In this document: piece by piece, positions 38,302 through 48,134 of the stretch
How positions within the stretch are numbered: position 1 is the first letter of the stretch
Layout: the number at the start of each line of letters is the position of its first letter
Assembly (NCBI GenBank): GCA_041687695.1
Contig: JAWLBL010000026.1
Coordinates: 1 to 64,000, forward strand
DNA: 64,000 bases
Source of the DNA: Myxococcota bacterium
Lineage (GTDB): Bacteria; Myxococcota_A; UBA9042; PHBI01; JAWLBL01
Direction of reading: 5' to 3'
Made by a program: the position numbers and the translations under genes
The notes under the pieces: model-generated
Databases searched by the model: none
The model's input: the letters and a program-made list of their open reading frames with translations, nothing else
What the model was told of the DNA's origin: nothing

Positions 38302-40782
38302 CTACAGGAGCGTGCACTTGCCGTTGCCGTTGCACGACAGCAGCCCGTTGCAGGCGTTGCCGCACTGTCCACAGTGCTGGTCGCTGGTCTGCGTGTTCAC
38401 GCACGCGTCGCCGCAGCGGGTGAGGCCCGCGTTGCAGGTGAAGTCGCACGAGCCGTCGCCGCAGAAGGCCGAGGCGTTGGCGGGGGCGGTGCACGACTCG
38501 CCGCAGGCGCCGCAGTTGGCCGCGTCGGTCTTCGGGTCGATGCAGGCGTCGCCGCACTCGAGGTAGCCCTGCTCGCAGGTGAAGGTGCAGCTGCCGCTGG
38601 CGCAGGCGGGGCTGCCGTTGGCCGGGGCGGTGCACGGCTGGTCGCACTGGCCGCAGTGGTCGACGTTGCTGCCGGTCAGGACGCAGGAGCTGCCGCACTG
38701 GGTCGTGCCGTTGGGGCAGGACAGGATGCAGTCGCCGCCCGAGCACAGCTCGTTGGCCTCGCAGGTGACGCCGCAGCCGCCGCAGTTGTCGGGGTCGCTC
38801 TGCACGCTGGTGCAGGTCGCGCCGTCGCAGGACGTGTAGCCCGAGCCGCAGCTGAAGTCGCACACGCCGGCCGAGCAGAAGCCCGCGCCGTTGGCCGGCG
38901 ACTCGCAGGTGAGGTCGCACTCGCCGCAGTTGAACTTGTCGCTGGCCGGGTTCACGCAGACGCCGCCGCAGGCGATGAGGCCCTCGTCGCACTCGAACCC
39001 GCAGGCGCCGCCCTCGCAGGTCGGCGAGGCGTTCGCCGGCGCCGAGCACGCGAAGCCGCAAGTGTCGCAGTGGCTCGGGTTGGTGGCCGTGTCGACGCAC
39101 TGGCCGCCGCAGTTGGTCGTGCCCTCGGGGCAGCTCGTCGTGCAGACCCCGCCCGTGCAGACCTCGTTGTCGCCGCAGACCTTCCCGCAGTCACCGCAGT
39201 GGAGCGGGCTGGTCTTGGTGTTGACGCACTGCTCTCCGCAGGCCGTGAAGCCGGTCGTGCAGCTGATGGCGCACTCACCCGCCATGCAGACCGCCTTGCC
39301 GAAGCTGGGCGCCGGGCACTTGGTGCCGCACTCGCCGCAGTTGTTGACGTCGCTGCCGGCGTCGACGCAGCTCTGGCCGCACTGGGTCAGCCCCTCGTCG
39401 CAGGCGATGCCGCACGCGCCCGCCTCGCACACCGGCAGCCCCGCCTCGGGCGAGAAGCACTGGGTGCCGCACCCGCCGCAGTGCGCCGGGCTGCTGTCCA
39501 GGTCGACGCAGCTGCCGTTGCAGTTCGTCGTCCCGCTCGGGCACCCGTCGACGCACTCGCCGCCCGCGCACACGTCCGCCAGGCTGCAGTAGGTCCCGCA
39601 CTCGCCGCAGTTCAGGAAGCTGCCCTGCGTGTCGACGCACGCGCCGTCGCACAGCTCGAAGCCCTCGACGCACTGCACGTCGCACTCACCCTCGACGCAC
39701 ACGGCCTTGCCGTTGACCGCGCCCTGGCAGGTCGTGCCGCACTCGCCGCAGTGCTTGACGCTGGTCTTCACGTCCACGCACGCGCCGCCGCACCGGATGA
39801 AGCCCGACAGGCACTCGAAGTCGCAGGCCCCCGCCTCGCACACCGCCACAGCGTTCGCCGGCGCCGCGCACGCCTGCCCGCACTCGCCGCAGTGCGCCGG
39901 GCTCGTCTGCACGTCGAAGCAGGTGCCGCCGCACGCCGTCAGGCCCTCCTCGCAGCCCGCCTCGCACTGGCCCGCCACGCAGACCTCCTCGTCGTCGCAC
40001 GCCGTCTCGCAGTCGCCGCAGCGCGCCGGGTCCGTCGTCACGTCGAAGCACCCGTACCCGCACGCCTCGAGCCCCTCGTCGCACTGCGCGACGCACTCGC
40101 TCTCCACGCAGGCCGGCGTCCCGCCCTCGAGGGCCTCGCACCCCTCGTCGCAGCCGCCGCAGTGCGCGACGTCGCTGGTCGTGTCGACGCACGCGTCCCC
40201 GCACGCCGTCAGCGCCTCGTCGCACGCCTCCACGCAGGCGCCCTCGACGCAGGCCGCCGTCGCCCCCGCAGGCGGCACGCACGCCTCGTCGCACCCGCCG
40301 CAGTGGTCGACGTTCTCGTCGAGGTCCACGCACCCGCCGTCGCAGTTGGTCAGCCCGCTCGGGCACCCCACCGAGCACGCGCCCGCGTGGCACACCTCCG
40401 CCTCGCCGCAGGTCGCGAAGCACTCGCCGCAGTGCGTGTGGTCGGCCTGCAGATCCACGCACGCGAGGCCGCACAGGACCTTGGGCGCCTCGCACTCGGG
40501 CGGCTCGACCGTCTCGCCGTCCTCCTCCACGTCGGCCGCGGCGTCGGTCCCCGCGTCGGTGTCGGCCGCCGCGTCCTCGGCGGAGTCCGCCCCGACGTCC
40601 TCGATCACGTCCTCGCCGTTCACGTCGCCCGTGCCCGTGTCGCTCGACACCTCGAGGCCGGCGTCCGCCACCGCGTCGATGGCCGGCGTCGTCTCCGCGT
40701 CGCCGCAACCGATCGACAGCGCGGCCGTGGCCAGCGCCAACCCTGCCCATCCGCCAGTCCAGCGAATCGTTCGACAGCTCAT
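38302..40782 (-). CDS. Cysteine-rich repeat lipoprotein (MXAN_6577/Stig1-like CVD..D..HCGxC repeats)
   Basis: ATG 40782, LSIGC lipobox, acidic linker, 16 (H/N/R)C(G/D)xC repeats. Confidence 0.88.
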   Translation of the reverse strand: MSCRTIRWTGGWAGLALATAALSIGCGDAETTPAIDAVADAGLEVSSDTGTGDVNGEDVIEDVGADSAEDAAADTDAGTDAAADVEEDGETVEPPECEAPKVLCGLACVDLQADHTHCGECFATCGEAEVCHAGACSVGCPSGLTNCDGGCVDLDENVDHCGGCDEACVPPAGATAACVEGACVEACDEALTACGDACVDTTSDVAHCGGCDEGCEALEGGTPACVESECVAQCDEGLEACGYGCFDVTTDPARCGDCETACDDEEVCVAGQCEAGCEEGLTACGGTCFDVQTSPAHCGECGQACAAPANAVAVCEAGACDFECLSGFIRCGGACVDVKTSVKHCGECGTTCQGAVNGKAVCVEGECDVQCVEGFELCDGACVDTQGSFLNCGECGTYCSLADVCAGGECVDGCPSGTTNCNGSCVDLDSSPAHCGGCGTQCFSPEAGLPVCEAGACGIACDEGLTQCGQSCVDAGSDVNNCGECGTKCPAPSFGKAVCMAGECAISCTTGFTACGEQCVNTKTSPLHCGDCGKVCGDNEVCTGGVCTTSCPEGTTNCGGQCVDTATNPSHCDTCGFACSAPANASPTCEGGACGFECDEGLIACGGVCVNPASDKFNCGECDLTCESPANGAGFCSAGVCDFSCGSGYTSCDGATCTSVQSDPDNCGGCGVTCEANELCSGGDCILSCPNGTTQCGSSCVLTGSNVDHCGQCDQPCTAPANGSPACASGSCTFTCEQGYLECGDACIDPKTDAANCGACGESCTAPANASAFCGDGSCDFTCNAGLTRCGDACVNTQTSDQHCGQCGNACNGLLSCNGNGKCTLL

Positions 40783-41061
40783 GTTCTCTCGCTCCCATCC
40801 GTGACCCGCGTGGCGAGCGCCTCCCCTCGAGGCCTCCCCAGACTTCCCTGCGCGAGCTTCGGTCCATGACGATTCCACGAACTGTGCCAATTCGCCCCAT
40901 CCAGCCATTACGAGCAGTTGCGCTTGTCTGCTGCGCAACGAAGTGCGAGCGCGTGTGAACGAAGCGGTCGCATTTCCGACGCGCTGGCCCCTTTGACCGG
41001 TCGACTTTACCGGGCCCTGCGTTTCTGGCGCCCGCTCCACCGGGTGTTACCCTCGCCGGCC

Positions 41062-42924
41062 GTGAGCCCCCGCGCCGCCAAGCCCGCCCGTCGCCCCCCA
41101 CGCCGCAGCCTGGCCGGCCGCATCGTGCGCGGCCTCCTGCTGCTCGGCGTCGTCGCCATGGCGCTGGGCCTGCTCGCCTTCTGGCTGGCCGGCGTCGTGC
41201 TCGACCCGATGCTCCCGCCGGTCCAGTCGGTCGCCGAGTACCGCAAGAGCGCCGTCCAGACCTCGCGCGTGTACGCCGCGGACGGCTCGCTGCTGGCCGA
41301 GTTCCACCTCGAGCGCCGCACCCTGGTCGGGCCGGGCGACCTTCCGCGCCACGTCCGCCTCGCCGCGGTCGCCGCCGAGGACGGCGACTTCTACACCCAC
41401 GAGGGGCTCGACTTCTTCGGGATGATCCGCGCCTTCATCGTCAACGTGCGCGACGGCCGCTTCTCGCAGGGCGCCTCGACCATCACGCAGCAGGTCGCGC
41501 GGACCTTCTACCTGTCGGCCGACAAGACCCTCACCCGCAAGCTCCTCGAGGTCTTCCTCGCCCGAAAGCTCGAGCGGCACCTGTCCAAGGACGAGATCCT
41601 CGAGCTGTACCTGAACCAGATATACTTCGGCCACGGGCGCTACGGCATCGCCGAGGCCGCCTCCTACTACCTGGCCAAGGAGGTGCGCGCGCTGACGGTC
41701 GCCGACGCCGCCCTGCTGATGGCCCTGGTGCCGGCCCCCGAGCGCCTCAACCCCTTCACCGACCTCACCGCGTGCCTGACCCGCCGTGATCGCATCATCA
41801 ACGCGATGCTCAGCCGCGGCTATGTGGCGCGCGACGAGGCGCGGGCCGCCTTGGCCGAGGTCCCCGCCCTGGCCCGCGCCCGCCCTCCGCCGCTGGCCCA
41901 CGCCCCGTGGTTCGTCGACGTCGTGCGCCGCCGCGTCGAGGCCGGGCTCGGCCGCAAGGCCCTGCTCGCGGGCGGCCTGCACATCCACACCAGCCTGCAG
42001 CCCGCCGCCCAGGAGGCGGTCGACGCCGCCGTCGCCCGCCTCGTCCAGGCCCAGCCCGACGGCCCCGAGGTCGCCGTCGTCGTCATGGACCCGCACACCC
42101 GAGAGGTCCTGGCCCTCGCCGGCGGCCGCGACCCGGCGCGCTCGTCCTTCAACCGCGCCATCCAGGCCCGCCGCCAGGCCGGCAGCACCTTCAAGACCTT
42201 CATCTACGGCGCCGGCCTCGAGGCGGGCCGCCTCACCCCCGAGACCTCCTACGACAACCGCCGCATCTCGCTGCGCGGCCGCGCCGGCGCCTGGCGGCCC
42301 GCCAACTACGACGGCGTCTACGACGGCCGCCCGACCCCCCTGGGCGAGGCCCTCGCCCGCTCGATCAACGTCATCGCCGTCCAGGCCCTGCGCGACGTCG
42401 GAGTCGCCCGCGTGACCGATTTCGCCCGCCGCCTCGGCGTGCGCGCCACGATGCCCGCCGACCTGTCCATCGCCCTGGGCAGCCCCGAGGTCACCCCGCT
42501 CGAGCTCGTCAACGCCTACGCCACGCTCGCCGCCAGCGGCCGGCAGGGCCAGCCCGTCTTCGTGCGCCGGGTCGAAGACGCCGAGGGGCGCGTCCTGTAC
42601 GGCGACGACCCTCAGTGGTCCAACGGCACCACGCCCGCGGTCGCCCACGCCTTGACGGCCATGCTCCGGGAGGTCGTCGCCAGCGGGACCGGCAAGAAGG
42701 CGGCCGTGCCCGGGGTCGAGGTCGCCGGCAAGACCGGGACCACCAACGATCAGGTCGACGCCTGGTTCGTAGGTTACACGCCGGACCTCGCGGCGGTCGT
42801 GTGGTTGGGCCACGACCGGCAGCGCTCCATGGAGGGCGGCACCGGCGGCGGGCTCGCCGCCCCGCTGTGGGCCGAAGTCGTCGGAACCATGATGGGTTCC
42901 TACTCTCCCCCTCACGGAGGGTGA
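41062..42924 (+). CDS. Class A penicillin-binding protein (PBP1A family)
   Basis: EDGDFYTHEG, QGASTITQQ, RKLLE, LELYLN; transpeptidase motifs STFK, SIN, KTGT. Confidence 0.93.
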   Translation: MSPRAAKPARRPPRRSLAGRIVRGLLLLGVVAMALGLLAFWLAGVVLDPMLPPVQSVAEYRKSAVQTSRVYAADGSLLAEFHLERRTLVGPGDLPRHVRLAAVAAEDGDFYTHEGLDFFGMIRAFIVNVRDGRFSQGASTITQQVARTFYLSADKTLTRKLLEVFLARKLERHLSKDEILELYLNQIYFGHGRYGIAEAASYYLAKEVRALTVADAALLMALVPAPERLNPFTDLTACLTRRDRIINAMLSRGYVARDEARAALAEVPALARARPPPLAHAPWFVDVVRRRVEAGLGRKALLAGGLHIHTSLQPAAQEAVDAAVARLVQAQPDGPEVAVVVMDPHTREVLALAGGRDPARSSFNRAIQARRQAGSTFKTFIYGAGLEAGRLTPETSYDNRRISLRGRAGAWRPANYDGVYDGRPTPLGEALARSINVIAVQALRDVGVARVTDFARRLGVRATMPADLSIALGSPEVTPLELVNAYATLAASGRQGQPVFVRRVEDAEGRVLYGDDPQWSNGTTPAVAHALTAMLREVVASGTGKKAAVPGVEVAGKTGTTNDQVDAWFVGYTPDLAAVVWLGHDRQRSMEGGTGGGLAAPLWAEVVGTMMGSYSPPHGG

Positions 42925-42936
42925 CCGGGAGGGTCG

Positions 42937-43620
42937 GTGTCCGCTCAGCATGATTCCTCGAGTCGCTACGCTGCCTTGCGGCGTGCGCTGGTGACCACGC
43001 GCGTCATGGACCGGGGGGTCAGCGACCCGCGCGTCCTGCGGGCGCTCATGGCCGTGCCGCGTCACGAGTTCGTGCCGCCCGAGTACCGCGAGCTTGCCTA
43101 TGTCGACCGCCCGCTGCCGCTCGGGCAGGGGCAGACCATCTCGCAGCCCTCCATCGTCGGGCTCATGACCGAGCTGGCGCTGAGCGGTCGGCCGCGCCGC
43201 GCGTTGGACGTCGGCACCGGCTCGGGGTACCAGGCCGCCGTGCTCGCCGAGCTGGGCTGCGAGGTCTACAGCCTCGAGATCCGGCGCGCCCTGGCCCAGG
43301 CCGCGCAGGCGCGCCTCGCCCTCCTGGGGTACGGCGAGCGGGTCCGGGTACGCTGCGACGACGGCGCTCACGGCTGGCCCGAGCACGCACCCTTCGATCT
43401 CATCGTGGTCGCCGCGGCCCCCGAGCGCGTGCCGGAGGCGCTCGTCGAACAGCTCGCGCCCGGCGGAAGGCTCGTGCTGCCGGTCGGGCGCCATCGGCAG
43501 GACCTGGTCCTGGTGCTGCGCGAGGCCAGCGGCCGCTTGCGGCAGCGCCTGGTCGAGCCCGTCCGCTTCGTCCCGCTGGTCGGCCCCGACGCGGCCGGCT
43601 CGTCCCCAGACGCGCGCTGA
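42937..43620 (+). CDS. pcm: Protein-L-isoaspartate(D-aspartate) O-methyltransferase
   Basis: VPRHEFVP, GQTISQP, VGTGSGYQAA, APFDLIVVAAA, QLAPGGRLVLPVG, VRFVPL. Confidence 0.95.
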   Translation: MSAQHDSSSRYAALRRALVTTRVMDRGVSDPRVLRALMAVPRHEFVPPEYRELAYVDRPLPLGQGQTISQPSIVGLMTELALSGRPRRALDVGTGSGYQAAVLAELGCEVYSLEIRRALAQAAQARLALLGYGERVRVRCDDGAHGWPEHAPFDLIVVAAAPERVPEALVEQLAPGGRLVLPVGRHRQDLVLVLREASGRLRQRLVEPVRFVPLVGPDAAGSSPDAR

Positions 43621-43629
43621 GAGGGCGCC

Positions 43630-44031
43630 ATGTTGCACTGCTTCGATCACGGCGTCGGCCCCGGGCCGGGCCGTCCGGGTGACCCCGAGGCCCAGGGACG
43701 CGACGAGGCCGCTGCGCGGCGCGATCGCTGGCTGGTCTGCGCCGACTGCGGGTACCCGATCACCCGCGAGGAGCACCGGACCGAGCGGGATGGCCAGCAC
43801 CAGCACACGCAGATGAACCCGCACGGGGTCATCCACCGCGTCGCGCTGTACACCCAGGCGCCCGGCTGCGTGCCCCAGAGCGACCCCGAGGCCTACTGGA
43901 GCTGGTTCACGGGATACGCCTGGACCATCGTGGGCTGCGGCGGGTGCGCCCAGCACCTGGGATGGCGGTTCGACGCTCCCTCGGACCAGTTCTACGGCCT
44001 GCTGCCCGAGCGACTGGCCGAGCGCGTCTGA
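43630..44031 (+). CDS. Bacterial cereblon-family (CULT domain) protein
   Basis: CADC...NPHG...SWFTGYAW...CGGC..HLGWRF: two zinc CxxC pairs and the tri-tryptophan pocket. Confidence 0.9.
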   Translation: MLHCFDHGVGPGPGRPGDPEAQGRDEAAARRDRWLVCADCGYPITREEHRTERDGQHQHTQMNPHGVIHRVALYTQAPGCVPQSDPEAYWSWFTGYAWTIVGCGGCAQHLGWRFDAPSDQFYGLLPERLAERV

Positions 44032-44071
44032 CGCTCCGACCGCACGCGGCCCGTACGGCGTGGACGTCCGC

Positions 44072-44734
44072 TCAGGCGGCCTTGTCGACGTCGTCGACCT
44101 TGAGCGTGTTGAGCAGCGTCTGCATCTTGGCCTCGACGCGGCTGATGAACGGGACGTTGTCCAGCACGATGGCGCGGCTCTCGCGCGCCGGCATCAGCAC
44201 GAGGCGCCCCGCGCGGCACAGGGCGTACTCCATGACGTCCTTGATCTCCTTGGTGATCCGCATCTCCGGGGCGGGCCAGCGCTCGACGTCGCCCAAAAAG
44301 CCGTGGTGGTGCAGCAGCTCGTTGTTGCGGATCTCCCAGTAGTCGAAGCGCGCCTTGACCAGCACGGCCAGCAGGATGACCGCGAAGCCGGCCGCCCAGA
44401 ACCAGTAGAAGGTCGCGTTCATGAACATCGGCTGGTCCAGGACGGACTGGATGGCGCCCCAGATCTGCGGATACAGCGCGCTGAGCAGGCCGACGATGAC
44501 CATCGCCATGACGATGACGACGCTGGCGAGGCGCGTGAAGTCGAACGCCACGACCGCCAGGTTGAAGAAGAAGGTCAGGGTGAAGAGCAGGCCCGTGATG
44601 CCCGGCTCGGCGGGCGTCGCCGGCGACCAGGTCATGACCAGCCCCGCGATGACCGCCGCGAGCATCGAGGGATAGAAGTAGATCACGCTCGAGAGCGGGC
44701 GGATCACCACACGATCGATCGTCTTGCCGGCCAT
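44072..44734 (-). CDS. Membrane protein (about 4 TM) with a soluble C-terminal domain
   Basis: AAGGAGG RBS before ATG 44734; hydrophobic segments. Confidence 0.78.
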   Translation of the reverse strand: MAGKTIDRVVIRPLSSVIYFYPSMLAAVIAGLVMTWSPATPAEPGITGLLFTLTFFFNLAVVAFDFTRLASVVIVMAMVIVGLLSALYPQIWGAIQSVLDQPMFMNATFYWFWAAGFAVILLAVLVKARFDYWEIRNNELLHHHGFLGDVERWPAPEMRITKEIKDVMEYALCRAGRLVLMPARESRAIVLDNVPFISRVEAKMQTLLNTLKVDDVDKAA

Positions 44735-44824
44735 CTGGACCTCCTTGATCTCTGCCTTGTGACATCGGCGCCGCCCGGCGGTCAAGCCGGGGCCGGGCGG
44801 CGCCGCGTCATCGGACGCCCCGGA

Positions 44825-47224
44825 TCAGATGGGGCGGTAGACCTGGCCGCCGGCGACCATCCAGCAGCCGGACGTCTTCTCGCAGAAGAAGCGAGCGTCC
44901 TGGCCGTAGAACGAGTCGATGAGCGTCCAGTCGTCCTTGCCCTGACCGACCAGGAAGACGCGGTCCTTGGAGCGGTACGAGCCGTAGTGGACCAGGCGCA
45001 GGCCCGAGCCGTCGGCGACGTCGACCGCGCCGGGCCAGTAGGCCGCCTGGGACTGGGTCCAGGTGGCGCCGAAGTCGCTCGAGACGCGGTCGCGGTAGCG
45101 CAGCGTGCCCTCGGCGAGCGTGAACTCCTCGACCCGGCCCTGGTGGCTGATCTCGCGCTGGACGAAGAAGTGCCGGCCGCCGTCGTTCGAGCGCAGCAGC
45201 AGGTTGCCGCCATTGCGCGACTCGTAGGTCACCGCCAGGACGGTGTTGCCCTCGCCGGTCATCCTCTGGATGGGCGACGGGGTGCCGGTCGCGACGGGCC
45301 ACCAGGTCGAGCCCTCGTTGTCCGAGCGATACAGCTCGCCGCGCGCGCCCGCCGCGTACAGGACCCCGCCCACCTCGTGCAGGCCGATGAAGGCGGTCTT
45401 GTTCTTGGGCCCGGTGTCCAGCTGCAGCCACAGATCCAGGTTGCCCTGCGCCTTCAGGATCGTCCCGCCGCCGCCGGCCGCGTAGACCGAGCCGTCGGAC
45501 GCGATGAAGGTGTCGACGATCTTGCCGGCCTTCTTGGGCAGCTGCGCCTCCTTGAAGGCCTTGCCGCCGTCGACCGAGACGACCACCTTGCCGCCGCCGA
45601 TGGCCACGATGCGCTCGCCGCGCGTGTCGAAGCCGCTCAGGCCGCGCAGCTCGAAGCCCGAGCGGGCCTTCCAGCTGGCGCCGCCGTCGGTCGTGAAGGC
45701 GACGAGGCCGGCCGCGCCCACCGCGAGGCCGATGTCGCCCTCGAAGCTGAAGCTGGCCACGTTGGGCAGCCCCATCGGCGTGGTCACGGTGCGCGTGAGC
45801 TTGCAGACCTCGCTGCGCCCCGGCAGCCCGTCGCAGTCGCCCGGCTTGCCCACCAGCGCGAGGCTCGCCAGCTCGGTCGGGTCGGCCACCTCGGTCCAGG
45901 TCACGCCGCCGTCCGCGCTCTCGATGCCGCTCTTGCCGTTGGGGATGACGTAGCGCCCGCCGACCTTGAAGATGGCCTTGAACGACCCGTTCGCCGGCGC
46001 CGGCAGCACGGCGAACGACTCGCCACCGTCGGCCGAGCGCACGATGGTGCCGCCGTCGCCCACGATGAGGATGGTGGCGCCGTCGACCAGCCCCGCGTTG
46101 AGGGTCTTGGTCGTGTTCAGCGGGCGCTCGGCCCACGCCGCGCCGTCGCGCGTGACCGCGAGGCCGCCCTTGGCGCCCAGCGCGTAGTACGGTCCGCTGG
46201 GGCTGCCGATGACCGCCTTGAGGCCCTTGAAGGGCAGGGTGGCCATGACCCAGTTGCCGCCGTTGTCGTTCGTGAAGGCGACGTGCTTGGCGGCCTCGAC
46301 GACCGCGACGCCCTTGGACAGGCCGTGGGCCAGGCCCTTGACCTCGCACACGATGCCGGTGCCCTTGCCGACGCGCCCCTTGGCGCACAGGCCCTTGCTG
46401 GTCGCCGCCGTCTTGCCGTCGGGCAGCGCCGGCAGCTCGTCGAGCTTCATCCACGCGCTGCCGTTGGTGGTCGCGTAGCCGTTCTTGCCCGCGAAGGCGA
46501 TCGCCTTGCCGCCCGCCGTGATGACGGTCTTGGCCTTGAACTTGTCGGGCAGCATGCCCGCGACGCCCACGTTGCCCGCCTTGTCGTAGCGGACGTACGA
46601 GCCGGTCTTGCCGACCGCCACGACGCCGGCCTCGCCGACCGTGACGCTGACCAGCTCGTCGTTGGTGAAGCGCGGCAGGTCGCTCCAGCTGCGCCCGTCC
46701 TTGCTCATCGCCATGTAGCCGTTCTTGCCGACGGCCACGTACGGCCCGCCCGGCGCGCCCGCGACGGCCACCACGGTGCCGTTGGTGTGGCGCTGAAAGC
46801 CCCAGGAGGCGCCTGCGTCGGTCGTGACGCCGACGTGGTTGTCCTTGGTCAGGGCGATGCCCTCGGTGGCGCTGATGACGTGGCCCAGCGTCACCTGCGA
46901 GCCCAGGAAGGCGTGCACCACGCCCCAGGCCTTGAACTTGTCGGCCGCCGCGGTCCCGACGCCCTGCCGAGGCGCGATCTCGGCCTCGACCGTCCCCACG
47001 GGCGCGCGCGGCTCGGCCTTCGGCGCGTTCGCCTCGGCCTCCGTCGGCGCCTCTCCTTCGCCCTTCGGGCCTCGCTCGGCCGCCGCGCTCCCCTCGGGCG
47101 CCGGGCTCACCCGCGCCTCGGGCCGCTCGGCCTCGCCCCGATCCTGTGACGCGCACCCGCCGCCCAGCGCCAACAGCGCCACGGCGCCGAGGCGGACGGT
47201 CCACCCCCGGTTCCAAACCTGCAT
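44825..47224 (-). CDS. BNR/Asp-box (Ycf48-like) beta-propeller lipoprotein
   Basis: LGGGC lipobox; many T/S-x-D-G-G-x-S/T-W/F motifs; GGAGG RBS. Confidence 0.85.
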   Translation of the reverse strand: MQVWNRGWTVRLGAVALLALGGGCASQDRGEAERPEARVSPAPEGSAAAERGPKGEGEAPTEAEANAPKAEPRAPVGTVEAEIAPRQGVGTAAADKFKAWGVVHAFLGSQVTLGHVISATEGIALTKDNHVGVTTDAGASWGFQRHTNGTVVAVAGAPGGPYVAVGKNGYMAMSKDGRSWSDLPRFTNDELVSVTVGEAGVVAVGKTGSYVRYDKAGNVGVAGMLPDKFKAKTVITAGGKAIAFAGKNGYATTNGSAWMKLDELPALPDGKTAATSKGLCAKGRVGKGTGIVCEVKGLAHGLSKGVAVVEAAKHVAFTNDNGGNWVMATLPFKGLKAVIGSPSGPYYALGAKGGLAVTRDGAAWAERPLNTTKTLNAGLVDGATILIVGDGGTIVRSADGGESFAVLPAPANGSFKAIFKVGGRYVIPNGKSGIESADGGVTWTEVADPTELASLALVGKPGDCDGLPGRSEVCKLTRTVTTPMGLPNVASFSFEGDIGLAVGAAGLVAFTTDGGASWKARSGFELRGLSGFDTRGERIVAIGGGKVVVSVDGGKAFKEAQLPKKAGKIVDTFIASDGSVYAAGGGGTILKAQGNLDLWLQLDTGPKNKTAFIGLHEVGGVLYAAGARGELYRSDNEGSTWWPVATGTPSPIQRMTGEGNTVLAVTYESRNGGNLLLRSNDGGRHFFVQREISHQGRVEEFTLAEGTLRYRDRVSSDFGATWTQSQAAYWPGAVDVADGSGLRLVHYGSYRSKDRVFLVGQGKDDWTLIDSFYGQDARFFCEKTSGCWMVAGGQVYRPI

Positions 47225-47337
47225 CGCTCTTCCTCCTGTGGATGAGGGCGCGGACCATGACAAGCCCGCCCGAAAAGCGCAAGTCCACCGCGGCATATGC
47301 GAACCCATCCCGCGGATCGCCGGCGGGGACCCTGGCC

Positions 47338-48039
47338 TCACTCCACCGGAGGCGCCAACTCGAGCCGCCACGGGCCGAGCCGCGTGGGCGCCGCGAGCGC
47401 CTCGTCCAGCGCCTCGAGGAAGCGCGACCGCCGCCACTCCGTGGCCCCGAAGCGCGCCAGGTGGTCCGTGTAGACCTGGCAGTCGACGAGCGGCATGCCC
47501 CAGGCCTGCAGCTGCCTGACCAGCGTCACGAACGCGATCTTCGACGCGTCGGGGGCGCGCGCGAACATCGACTCGCCGAAGTAGGCCGCCCCCAGCGACA
47601 CCCCGTACAGGCCGCCGACCAGCTCGTCACCCAGCCACGCCTCGGCCGAGTGTGCCAGGCCGGCCTCGTGCAGATCGCAATAGGCCTCGATCATCTCGCC
47701 GGTGATCCAGGTCCCGCGCTGGCCCGGCCGCCGGGTCTGCGCGCAGGCCTCGATGACCTGGCGGAAGGCCGTGTCCAGGCGCACCTCGTACGGCTGCTTG
47801 CGGATGACCTTGCGCAGGCTGCGCCCCACGACCAGCTCGTCGGCCCGCAGCACCATGCGCGGGTCGGGCGAGTGCCACAGGATGGGCAGCCCCTCCTCGT
47901 ACCAGGGGAAGATCCCGGACCGATAGGCCAGCACCAGCCGCTCGCGGCTCAGATCTCCGCCCACCGCCAGCAGGCCCGACCGCTCGGCGCGCTGAGGCGG
48001 CGGGAAGACCAGCTCTCGACCCAACGCGTAGACCGGCAT
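47338..48039 (-). CDS. aat: Leucyl/phenylalanyl-tRNA--protein transferase
   Basis: GLLAVGGDLS, YRSGIFPW, TWIT, AHSAEAW, GGLYG, FGESMF, DASKIA, DCQ. Confidence 0.95.
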   Translation of the reverse strand: MPVYALGRELVFPPPQRAERSGLLAVGGDLSRERLVLAYRSGIFPWYEEGLPILWHSPDPRMVLRADELVVGRSLRKVIRKQPYEVRLDTAFRQVIEACAQTRRPGQRGTWITGEMIEAYCDLHEAGLAHSAEAWLGDELVGGLYGVSLGAAYFGESMFARAPDASKIAFVTLVRQLQAWGMPLVDCQVYTDHLARFGATEWRRSRFLEALDEALAAPTRLGPWRLELAPPVE

Positions 48040-48134
48040 GCGTTTGCGCCTCCTCCTCGTCCACCGCACCCGCCGACTCCCCAGGGTATCCCAAACTTGC
48101 GCGCGCCCCGCGCGGGGAAGTAGACAACCCGCCG

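Noticed and set aside
40874..40889. Sigma54 promoter (minus strand TGGCAC-AGTTC-GTGG) upstream of the Cys-rich lipoprotein
   Set aside because: The -24 box is good but the -12 box lacks the conserved GC; too weak to call.
42937..43620. Pcm as a RiPP aspartimide-forming tailoring enzyme for the YG precursor
   Set aside because: It is 29 kb away, has canonical housekeeping length and lacks the C-terminal extension of RiPP-associated PIMT homologs.
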